Assembly: GCA_947164995.1 (NCBI GenBank)
Contig: CAMUYU010000004.1
Coordinates: forward strand, 1 to 53,982
DNA: 53,982 bases
Direction: 5' to 3'
Source of the DNA: an uncultured Clostridia bacterium
GTDB lineage: Bacteria > Bacillota > Clostridia > TANB77 > UBA1234
Position numbers and translations under genes: made by a program. Of this stretch, positions 1 through 8,039 are shown in pieces. The first letter of the stretch is position 1; the number at the start of each line of letters is the position of its first letter. The notes beneath the pieces are model-generated. The model was not told where the DNA came from. It made no database searches and saw only the letters and a program-made list of their open reading frames with translations.

Positions 1-12
1 TTTTTGTGAATT

Positions 13-39
13 TTAGCACTCTACTATTGACAGTGCTAA
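13..39. promoter_or_regulatory. CIRCE element (HrcA operator)
   Basis: TTAGCACTC-N9-CAGTGCTAA, one mismatch to consensus TTAGCACTC-N9-GAGTGCTAA, upstream of a small heat-shock gene. Confidence 0.93.
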
Positions 40-54
40 TTTTTGAACTATAAT
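27..54 (+). promoter_or_regulatory. sigmaA promoter of hsp20
   Basis: TTGACA (27-32), 16-nt spacer, TATAAT (49-54). Confidence 0.85.
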
Positions 55-144
55 GAAGTTGTAAGTTAAATAAAAAGACTTACAAATAGAAAAAAGTCAT
101 GTAACGGCGATAGTAAATCGCCATAAATAGAAAGGGTGGTTTAT

Positions 145-585
145 ATGTTTATGATACCTAGAAAAAATAACGAGTTAGATTTGTGGGATGACATTTTTGA
201 TGATCCATTCTTCACAAGTAACAGAGGATTTGGAAGACGCGAAGAAAATCGCATAATGAAAACAGATATAAAAGAATTGAAAGATAAATTCGAAATATCT
301 ATTGATCTTCCAGGATATGAAAAAGAAAACCTTGAGATGTCAATTGAAGATGGATACTTAACTGTTCATGCTAAAACATCTAAAGAGAAAAATGAAGGTG
401 AGGAAGGAAAATTTGTAAGAAAAGAAAGATTCTTTGGAGAATGCTCAAGAAGCTTCTATGTTGGTGAAGACGTAACAGAAGAAGAAATTAAAGCATCTTT
501 CAAGAATGGTACTCTTACAATTGATGTTCCAAAGAAAGAAGAGAAAAAAGCTCTTCCAGAAAAGAAATTTATCAATATTGAATAG
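145..585 (+). CDS. Hsp20/alpha-crystallin family small heat-shock protein
   Basis: MKTDIKE..DLPG..ERFFGECSRSF..FKNGTLTIDVPK alpha-crystallin motifs; SD GAAAGGGTG favours ATG at 145 (or 151) over GTG at 136. Confidence 0.95.
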   Translation: MFMIPRKNNELDLWDDIFDDPFFTSNRGFGRREENRIMKTDIKELKDKFEISIDLPGYEKENLEMSIEDGYLTVHAKTSKEKNEGEEGKFVRKERFFGECSRSFYVGEDVTEEEIKASFKNGTLTIDVPKKEEKKALPEKKFINIE

Positions 586-603
586 AGTCATATCACTTCC
601 CCT

Positions 604-640
604 AAAAAAAGCGTGCCAGTAATGGCACGCTTTTTATTTT
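604..640. terminator. bidirectional intrinsic terminator
   Basis: GCGTGCCA-GTAA-TGGCACGC stem flanked by A and T tracts between convergent genes. Confidence 0.9.
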
Positions 641-719
641 ACTCAGCTAGTAAACTATTCATTTCATCTATTATTTTTTTCTTATCCATATTCTTTCCAA
701 TGAATACTAATTTTATCAT
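639..719 (-). CDS. out-of-frame C-terminal segment of the CobW/COG0523 GTPase (MIKLVFIGKNMDKKKIIDEMNSLLAE)
   Basis: Manual translation gives the LVFIG strand plus terminal helix typical of CobW C-termini; the stop abuts the terminator; not in the ORF track. Confidence 0.8.
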   Translation of the reverse strand: MIKLVFIGKNMDKKKIIDEMNSLLAE

Positions 720-756
720 TTTATCACTTTCAAAATGTGAAAAATTTTCCCAAAAA

Positions 757-1899
757 TTACAATTTTATCATTCTATCTCCAACTTTTTCATCCCACTCTT
801 GAAGAGCCTCTGGAGCTTCTTTTAGCATTTTTTCAAGTTCATCTTTTGGCGCAGTTGCAAGCCAAAAACCTGCTTCAGTTAATTTCATTTGCTTTCCAGC
901 TTGTTCAAATAAGTATGACATATCATAATCATTTGCAAACCAAACTAGACCTTTTGCACGAATTACCTCTTTTGGAAATTTGTTATTAACATATTCCTCA
1001 AATTTTTTCGAATTAAATGGTTTTCTAGACATATACACAAATGTAGAAATACCATACTCCTCCGCTTCACCTTCATCTTCATTATGACTATGGTCATGGT
1101 GATGTTCATGATGGTGTTCGTGTTCGTCATGGTCATCATCGTCGTCATCCTCATCATGGTCATCAATAACTTTATCTAAATTTGCTACCCAACCAGCAGA
1201 AGAAGCTGTTTTTTCAAAATCAAAATTACTTGTATCAATAACCATTTTTACATCAACTTTTGCATAATTGGTTTCAATTATTCTAGCTTGTGGTTGCAAG
1301 TTTCTAATAACAGCTTTTACTTCATCTAATTGCTCTCTTGATACTTCATCAATTTTATTTAGTATTATCAAATTGCAGAATTCTATTTGTTGAATTAGAA
1401 GATTTTCAATATCATCTTCATCTAAGTCTTCTTTTTCTAAGTCTTTTCCTGAACCAAATTCATCTACTAATCTTAATGCATCTACTACTGTAACAACATT
1501 ATCTAGTCTACATATTTTTCTTCCAGCTTGTTTTTCTAAATTATCTTCCAAGAAAGAAATTGTTTGTGCGATTGGAAGTGGTTCGCAAATACCAGAAGCT
1601 TCAATTAGAATATAATCAAATTTTCCAGTTTTTAAAATATCTATAATTTGATTTAGCAAATCTTCTTTTAATGTGCAACAAATACATCCATTTGAAAGTG
1701 GAACTACATTTCCTTTATCTTCTTCTTTAACAAATCCACCATCTGCAATTAATTTTGCATCAATATTTACTTCTCCAATATCATTAACAATAACTGCAAC
1801 TTTATAACCTTCTTGATTAGTTAATATATGATTCATTAAAGTTGTTTTTCCTGCTCCTAAATATCCTGTAAGTACAGTAATTGGAACTGCTTTATTCAT
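757..1899 (-). CDS. CobW/P47K (COG0523) family GTPase, putative zinc metallochaperone, C-terminally interrupted
   Basis: GYLGAGKTT Walker A, GCICC motif, EASG, NKID, His/Asp-rich linker; stops at GDRMIKL just before the expected VFIG. Confidence 0.93.
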   Translation of the reverse strand: MNKAVPITVLTGYLGAGKTTLMNHILTNQEGYKVAVIVNDIGEVNIDAKLIADGGFVKEEDKGNVVPLSNGCICCTLKEDLLNQIIDILKTGKFDYILIEASGICEPLPIAQTISFLEDNLEKQAGRKICRLDNVVTVVDALRLVDEFGSGKDLEKEDLDEDDIENLLIQQIEFCNLIILNKIDEVSREQLDEVKAVIRNLQPQARIIETNYAKVDVKMVIDTSNFDFEKTASSAGWVANLDKVIDDHDEDDDDDDHDEHEHHHEHHHDHSHNEDEGEAEEYGISTFVYMSRKPFNSKKFEEYVNNKFPKEVIRAKGLVWFANDYDMSYLFEQAGKQMKLTEAGFWLATAPKDELEKMLKEAPEALQEWDEKVGDRMIKL

Positions 1900-1938
1900 A
1901 TGTTACATCTCCTCCAATTTTTAATTTAAGCAACCGTA

Positions 1939-1967
1939 ATTCTAGCACGCAAACGATTTTTTGTCAA
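1939..1967 (-). promoter_or_regulatory. sigmaA promoter of the COG0523 gene
   Basis: TTGACA-17 nt-TAGAAT with extended -10 TG on the - strand. Confidence 0.75.
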
Positions 1968-1969
1968 TT

Positions 1970-2986
1970 TTACGTCAAACTCATTTCAAGGCTTCCTTTT
2001 CCAGCTTTACTTATAAATCTTCCTTTAGCTCCATTAATTACACTAAATGCGGGCTTTACGTGGCCTATATCTGCTTCCATAATAATAGGAACCTCTTTTC
2101 CAAGAGCTCTAGTAACAGCATCTTCATAAGAAAGTCCTGTTTCTGTCCCCTCAAATAAAGTTTTTCCAAAAACAAAACTTTTAGCATATTTAAACCAGCC
2201 AGCTTCTTTCATCTGCCAAAGTGTGAAGTATAAATCTTCTGTTTTAAGTGCAAAATTATCGAAATACCAAACTATTCCATCATCTTTATATCTTTCAATA
2301 AATTCTTTCGTATAATCATACTTAGTACCAATTAAATATTTTAAACAGTCTATACATCCACCGATTAATCTTCCAGAAATATCTACATCACCATTTGGAG
2401 TTTTCCAAATATCTGGTGTATTTAAAATATAACTTCCATCTACTCTATTTTCTTTCTCTTCAAAAGAAACTCTTTCACACTTTTCAAAACTTTCTTGAAC
2501 AGTAATTTCGCCTTTAATAATACTTAGTGCATCTTTTAAATTTCTATATAAGTACTCTTGATCAAAGCTTCCTGCATTTGTACCATAAAGTGTTGCTACA
2601 TCAAATTTTGTAGTTAAATAATATAAAAGCGATGTTGGGTCTGAGTAACCAGCAAACCACTTTATATTTCCATTTGATATTTTTTCTTTAATTAACTCTT
2701 CATCAATATGTGGTAAAATTTCCATTAAAAAATCTCCACCTGATGCAGAATATATAAAATCAATATCTTCATTTTGCATTAGTTCATTAAATTCTTTGGC
2801 CCTTGTTACTGCATCAGCAGATGGTAATTTTCCACTTCTAACATTTGCACTTTCAAAAACATTATAGCCTTGATTTTTAAAAGCATTAATAGCTAAGTCA
2901 AAGCTTACATCTTCTGGGTCTATTCCTCTACTTGGTGCACAAATACCAATTTTGTCATTTGGTTTTAAAAATTTTGGATAAATCAT
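1970..2986 (-). CDS. LD-carboxypeptidase (peptidase S66/MccF family)
   Basis: IYPKFLKPNDKIGICAPS N-terminus, GYSD nucleophile motif, GRLIGGC, DIGH. Confidence 0.9.
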   Translation of the reverse strand: MIYPKFLKPNDKIGICAPSRGIDPEDVSFDLAINAFKNQGYNVFESANVRSGKLPSADAVTRAKEFNELMQNEDIDFIYSASGGDFLMEILPHIDEELIKEKISNGNIKWFAGYSDPTSLLYYLTTKFDVATLYGTNAGSFDQEYLYRNLKDALSIIKGEITVQESFEKCERVSFEEKENRVDGSYILNTPDIWKTPNGDVDISGRLIGGCIDCLKYLIGTKYDYTKEFIERYKDDGIVWYFDNFALKTEDLYFTLWQMKEAGWFKYAKSFVFGKTLFEGTETGLSYEDAVTRALGKEVPIIMEADIGHVKPAFSVINGAKGRFISKAGKGSLEMSLT

Positions 2987-2998
2987 AAATGCCCTCCA

Positions 2999-3400
2999 TT
3001 ACGCTTGTTTGCTTCTTTCTAAAGATGATAATAGTTTTCTGCAATATTCTTTATTTAAGATAACAGGATTACCGCTATCGTTATGATTCAAGCACATTCC
3101 ACTACACATTGGTGTCATTACTGCATACTCTAATATCTCCTTGATTGTAAGATATACAAATGTGACACCCTCTTCCTTTTGTGAATCATCAGTACATGCA
3201 ATTAAATATTTGCCACCATCATCACCAGTTAGAGTTTTGATATCATATCCATCTCCACTTTCTTTGCATGGTAAGTAAAGACCAAGATTTTTCTGAGTAC
3301 ATTCATTAAGTTGTAAAATAATCTCACTATAGTTATCTTGAATACTATTGCTTTTATAGATTTCAATTAATCGATCAAGTTCTTTTAGTTCTTCTTTCAT
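2999..3400 (-). CDS. hypothetical protein, SseB N-terminal-like
   Basis: 133-aa ORF with SD GAGG; GGKYLIACTD...GMCLN resembles the SseB pattern. Confidence 0.55.
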   Translation of the reverse strand: MKEELKELDRLIEIYKSNSIQDNYSEIILQLNECTQKNLGLYLPCKESGDGYDIKTLTGDDGGKYLIACTDDSQKEEGVTFVYLTIKEILEYAVMTPMCSGMCLNHNDSGNPVILNKEYCRKLLSSLERSKQA

Positions 3401-3416
3401 AAATACCTCTTTATTA

Positions 3417-4496
3417 TTAATATAGTTTTATCATTTTTTTAAAGATTAAATCTCTTATCCAAATCCAAATTCTCGCACTTAAAAACGTACAAACAAGTAC
3501 AATTCCAACTGTTTCAAAATAACCAAATTCCTTATAGTCGTAATAAAGGATTTTATCAAAAATACTTGAGAATAAATACATATCAAATGAGCATATTGCT
3601 ATTTGCGAAATTAGTTTTGAAACTATAGGTATATTAAGCTTAATTGTATATAGTGCCAAGAATAACGAAGTTGCTACAAGCGCATTTGTAATAGTACCAA
3701 ATCCATTACATACATACCATGCATATGCTCCTTGTTCTTGAGAAATAAAATAACAACATAAAACAGGAATGGCAAGTGAAACAACCACTAATAAAAGTCG
3801 CAAAATAATGTTAAATGTTGGTCTATAATCTCTTATATATTTTCCAATAAAAAACAACGCCAATGGGTACATTATTTTCCAGTAATCCGGAGCAACATCA
3901 AGCCAACCTTCTAAATTCTTTCCTTCTATCCAATCAAATCTAATACCTTCTAAAGTTCTAGGAATCATGGTTAAAAAGACCAATGATACAATCAAAATTA
4001 TTTTTTCTTTTTTTGTTTTTATATTGTTCCAAAGAATATTTAAAAATGGAATTAATAAAAACAATCCTATGTACATTTCAAAATACCATGCATAAGAATT
4101 TTCAGTAAAGTTAAAAAATCTTATTATCTCAACGAGCCAATTAATAAGTTTTAAATTATCTGGCATATATTGTGTTTTTCCATCTGCATAAACAAATATA
4201 GTTGTTCCTATTAACTCTAGAAAACTAATAAAAACGTATGAAATAATTAATGGAATTATTTTTTTATAATGCTTTGAATTAGCTTCAGAAGTTTCATTTA
4301 AAAAACCTGTTAAAATAATAAACAGCGGAACACAACTTAATGCTAAAAATCTAAGCACAAGAATATAACTCCATTCGGTAGTTTCAACCGATTGATATAG
4401 CAATTCTTTGTACTGAATTCCATGTGTAAAAAACACAAATAAAATTGCAAAAACTCTAATTAAATCTAATCCAAATTGACGTTCTTTTTTTTCCAT
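3417..4496 (-). CDS. acyltransferase family 3 membrane protein
   Basis: RQFGLDLIRVFAILFVFFTH, CVPLFIILTG, WYFEMY motifs; multiple hydrophobic segments. Confidence 0.9.
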   Translation of the reverse strand: MEKKERQFGLDLIRVFAILFVFFTHGIQYKELLYQSVETTEWSYILVLRFLALSCVPLFIILTGFLNETSEANSKHYKKIIPLIISYVFISFLELIGTTIFVYADGKTQYMPDNLKLINWLVEIIRFFNFTENSYAWYFEMYIGLFLLIPFLNILWNNIKTKKEKIILIVSLVFLTMIPRTLEGIRFDWIEGKNLEGWLDVAPDYWKIMYPLALFFIGKYIRDYRPTFNIILRLLLVVVSLAIPVLCCYFISQEQGAYAWYVCNGFGTITNALVATSLFLALYTIKLNIPIVSKLISQIAICSFDMYLFSSIFDKILYYDYKEFGYFETVGIVLVCTFLSARIWIWIRDLIFKKMIKLY

Positions 4497-4510
4497 TTTA
4501 ACTCCTATTT

Positions 4511-4548
4511 AAAAAGAATAATGGCGGGCATTTCTGCCCGCCATTATT
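4511..4548 (-). terminator. terminator-like hairpin after ileS
   Basis: 14-bp stem AATAATGGCGGGCA/TGCCCGCCATTATT followed by T-run on the - strand. Confidence 0.8.
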
Positions 4549-4556
4549 ATACCACA

Positions 4557-7500
4557 TTATGCAAGTCTTACCAACTTAACATTAACTTTTTCTCCATTAA
4601 TATCAAGCTCAACTGCGCCGTCTTTTTTTTCTTTTTTAACAACATCAGCAAGTGTTTCACTAGCGATTTGCTCTTTGTTTTTCTCAATGATTTCAGCTAG
4701 TTTTTCACTTCCAGAATAGTACATTTCAATATGATTTTGAACTTCAAAATCTGACTCTTTTCTTAAGTTTTGAATCTTTGAAATATACTCTCTTACAAAG
4801 CCTTCTTCAATTAATTCATCATTTAATTCAACATCAAGAACTACTGTTAAATCTCCACCTTGAGCAGATACATATTTTTCAGATTTAGCAGTTTCGATTA
4901 GCATATCTTCTTCTAGAAGTGTGTACTTTGTACCTTCTAGTTCGATAACTACTTTTCCGTTTTCTTTTAATTCAGCAACGAATTTAGTTCCGTCTGTTTC
5001 GTTAAGATATGTTCTTAATTTTTGTAAGTCTTTACCAAATTTTGGTCCGCAAGTCTTTAAGTTTGGTTTAACATTGTATGAAACAAATGCACTTGCATCT
5101 TCAGTAAATTCAACTTCTTTAACGTTTAATTCTTCTTTGATGATATAGTAATATGCTTCATCTAAATGTCTCTTTGTACCAACAAATGCTTTAGCCAAAA
5201 CTTGTCTATTTTTCATATTAGATACATTTCTACATGTTCTACCTAGTGTAACAATATTTAATACTAAGTCCATGTTTTGTTCTAATTTAGCATCAATGTA
5301 TTTTTCATTTGCAACTGGGAAGTCACAAAGGTGAATGCTTTCAGCGGCATTTTTATCTAAACCTACAACTAAGTTTTGATAAATGCTTTCTGTCATAAAT
5401 GGTACGAATGGTGCAGATACTTTTGCAAGTGTTATTAAGCATGTATATAACGTCATATATGCATTAACTTTATCTTGTTCCATTCCCTTTGCCCAGAATC
5501 TTTCTCTAGAGCGTCTTACATACCAGTTTGAAAGTTCATCTGTGAAATCTTGAATTGCTCTAGCACTTTCAGTGATTCTATATGCTTGCATGTTTTCATC
5601 AACATATTTTACTAAGCTATTTAATTTTGAAAGTGCCCATTTATCCATTTGAGAAAGCTTATCATATTCAAGCTTATAATCATTTGGATTAAAGCTATCT
5701 ATGTCTGCATATAGTACATAGAATGCATATGTATTCCAGAAGGTACCAATGAATTTTCTTTGATATTCAGAAACACCTTCATCATAGAATCTTGTTGGAA
5801 GCCATGGTGCTGAAGAAGCTGAGAAATACCAACGTACAGCATCTGCACCTTGTTTATTTAATACTTCCCAAGGATCTACAACATTTCCTTTGTGCTTGCT
5901 CATCTTTAATCCATCTTTATCTTGAACGTGTCCTAATACTAAGCAGTTTTCAAATGGTGATTTATCAAATAAGCAAGTAGAAACTGCCATAAGTGTGTAG
6001 AACCATCCTCTTGTTTGGTCGATAGCTTCTGAAATAAATTGTGCTGGGAAATATTTCTCAAACAATTCTTTATTTTCAAATGGGTAGTGGAATTGTGCAA
6101 ATGGCATTGAACCTGAATCGAACCAACAGTCAATAACGTATGGAACTCTGTTCATTGTCTTTCCACATTTTTCACACTTAATGTGAACTTCATCAATGTA
6201 TGGTTTATGAAGTTCTATATCATCTGGAACATCTTCACCTAGCTTCTTAAGTTCTTCGATAGAGCCTATTGTATGGTGATGTCCACAGCTACACTCCCAA
6301 ACTGGAAGTGGTGTACCCCAATATCTAGAACGTGATAGTCCCCAGTCAATTACGTTTTCAAGGAAATTACCAAATCTTCCTTCTTTGATATTATCTGGAT
6401 ACCAATCAACTGTATTATTATTCTTTACTAGTTTGTCTCTTAATGAAGACATTCTAATAAACCATGTGTCAATTGCATAATATAGAAGTGGTGTATCGCA
6501 TCTCCAGCAGAATGGATATGAGTGCTCAAATGGAATTGCTTCAAATAGCAATCCTCTTTCTTTTAAATCATCAAGAACAAGTTTATCTGCATCTTTTACA
6601 AATGTACCAGCCCACTTACCTGTTTCTTTTGTGAAGTTACCTTCTTCATCAACTAATTGGATAAATGGTAAATCGTTATCTTTACCAACTCTAGCATCGT
6701 CTTCACCAAATGCAGGAGCAATGTGAACTATACCAGTACCATCTGTAAGTGTAACGTAATTATCTGCAATTACAAACCAAGCTCTACCATCTGGTTTTGC
6801 AAATGGATAAAGTGGTTCATAATCCATTTGAACTAAATCTTTACCAATACATTTTCTTACTACTTCAAATTTTTCTTTTAAAACAACATCAGCAAGTGCT
6901 TCAGCCAAAATATATTTTGTGCCATCAGCAACTTTACATACAACATAGTTTTCGTTTGGATTTACGCAAAGAGCTGTATTTGAAGGAAGTGTCCATGGTG
7001 TAGTTGTCCAAGCTAAAATATATGTGTCTTCTTCGTTTTTAACTTTAAATCTTACTGTACAAGATGTTTCTTTAACATCTTTATATCCTTGTGCAACTTC
7101 ATGGCTTGATAGTGATGTACCACATCTTGGGCAATATGGTACTACTTTGTGTCCTTTATATAATAGGCCTTTTTCATCAATAGTTTTTAATGCCCACCAA
7201 ACTGACTCAATGTAATTATTTTCGTATGTGATATAAGGGTTATCCATATCAGCCCAGAAACCAACTCTTTCTGACATTTCTTCCCATTCACCTTTATACT
7301 TCCAAACACTTTCTTTACATTTTTTGATAAATGGTTCAACACCATATTCTTCAATTTGTGGCTTGCCGTTAATACCAAGCATTTTTTCAACTTCAAGTTC
7401 TACTGGAAGTCCATGTGTGTCCCAACCTGCTTTTCTTGGTACTTCATAGCCTTTCATAGTCCAGAATCTAGGAACAACATCTTTAAATACTCTTGTTTCT

Positions 7501-7682
7501 ACGTGACCTATATGTGGCTTACCATTAGCTGTTGGAGGGCCATCATAAAACATAAATGATTTATGCCCTTCTCTTGTTTTCATACTTTTTTCGAAGATTT
7601 TATTCTTCTTCCAAAATTCGATGATTTCTTTTTCTCTATCAACAAAGTTAAGGTCTGTTGATACTTTTTTGTAAAGTCCCAT
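4557..7682 (-). CDS. ileS: isoleucine--tRNA ligase (type 2)
   Basis: FYDGPPTANGKPHIGH, GWDTHGLP, WTTTPWTLPSN, DQTRGWF, KMSKH; 1041 aa with IleRS2-type C-terminus. Confidence 0.98.
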   Translation of the reverse strand: MGLYKKVSTDLNFVDREKEIIEFWKKNKIFEKSMKTREGHKSFMFYDGPPTANGKPHIGHVETRVFKDVVPRFWTMKGYEVPRKAGWDTHGLPVELEVEKMLGINGKPQIEEYGVEPFIKKCKESVWKYKGEWEEMSERVGFWADMDNPYITYENNYIESVWWALKTIDEKGLLYKGHKVVPYCPRCGTSLSSHEVAQGYKDVKETSCTVRFKVKNEEDTYILAWTTTPWTLPSNTALCVNPNENYVVCKVADGTKYILAEALADVVLKEKFEVVRKCIGKDLVQMDYEPLYPFAKPDGRAWFVIADNYVTLTDGTGIVHIAPAFGEDDARVGKDNDLPFIQLVDEEGNFTKETGKWAGTFVKDADKLVLDDLKERGLLFEAIPFEHSYPFCWRCDTPLLYYAIDTWFIRMSSLRDKLVKNNNTVDWYPDNIKEGRFGNFLENVIDWGLSRSRYWGTPLPVWECSCGHHHTIGSIEELKKLGEDVPDDIELHKPYIDEVHIKCEKCGKTMNRVPYVIDCWFDSGSMPFAQFHYPFENKELFEKYFPAQFISEAIDQTRGWFYTLMAVSTCLFDKSPFENCLVLGHVQDKDGLKMSKHKGNVVDPWEVLNKQGADAVRWYFSASSAPWLPTRFYDEGVSEYQRKFIGTFWNTYAFYVLYADIDSFNPNDYKLEYDKLSQMDKWALSKLNSLVKYVDENMQAYRITESARAIQDFTDELSNWYVRRSRERFWAKGMEQDKVNAYMTLYTCLITLAKVSAPFVPFMTESIYQNLVVGLDKNAAESIHLCDFPVANEKYIDAKLEQNMDLVLNIVTLGRTCRNVSNMKNRQVLAKAFVGTKRHLDEAYYYIIKEELNVKEVEFTEDASAFVSYNVKPNLKTCGPKFGKDLQKLRTYLNETDGTKFVAELKENGKVVIELEGTKYTLLEEDMLIETAKSEKYVSAQGGDLTVVLDVELNDELIEEGFVREYISKIQNLRKESDFEVQNHIEMYYSGSEKLAEIIEKNKEQIASETLADVVKKEKKDGAVELDINGEKVNVKLVRLA

Positions 7683-7731
7683 CTTTTTAAATTCCTCCTT
7701 TTATATATATAAATTTTAATAATTTAAAAAA

Positions 7732-7975
7732 CAAAAAACTCGTCCAAAACAAAATTAGTTTCGGACGAGTTATATAATCATAATATAATCGCTATACCAC
7801 CTACATACTAACATATGGGCTCTTTGTAACGTAAGAGAAACGTTGAAAGCTACTTAAAAGTTCACTTTCAAAACTCAAAGGTGATATCTAATATTTTACT
7901 TAACTACTAGGCTTGCACCTTCCCTAGCTCGCTAAAAGTATTTTCAAATAATAGCATGTCCTTATCAGCGTCATT
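7732..7975 (-). ncRNA. T-box riboswitch (Ile) leader of ileS
   Basis: - strand: AGCGAG bulge and GGTGCAA loop of stem I, AUC specifier at 7883-7885, T-box GGTGGTATAGCG at 7790-7801, terminator ACTCGTCC...GGACGAGT plus T-run. Confidence 0.9.
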
Positions 7976-7989
7976 ATCAAACTGCGATT

Positions 7990-8018
7990 ATTTTAGCACC
8001 TTTTAATATAAAAATCAA
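7990..8018 (-). promoter_or_regulatory. sigmaA promoter of the T-box/ileS transcript
   Basis: TTGATT-17 nt-TAAAAT with extended -10 TG. Confidence 0.7.
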
Positions 8019-8039
8019 CACCTATTTATAGTATTAATT

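Noticed and set aside
60-122. Two hairpins in the hsp20 5' UTR as an RNA thermometer
   Set aside because: Neither stem (60-84, 106-122) sequesters the SD at about 130-138, and no ROSE or fourU motif is visible
963-1166. Met/Thr-rich 67-aa ORF
   Set aside because: Alternate-frame reading of the His/Asp-rich linker of the COG0523 gene
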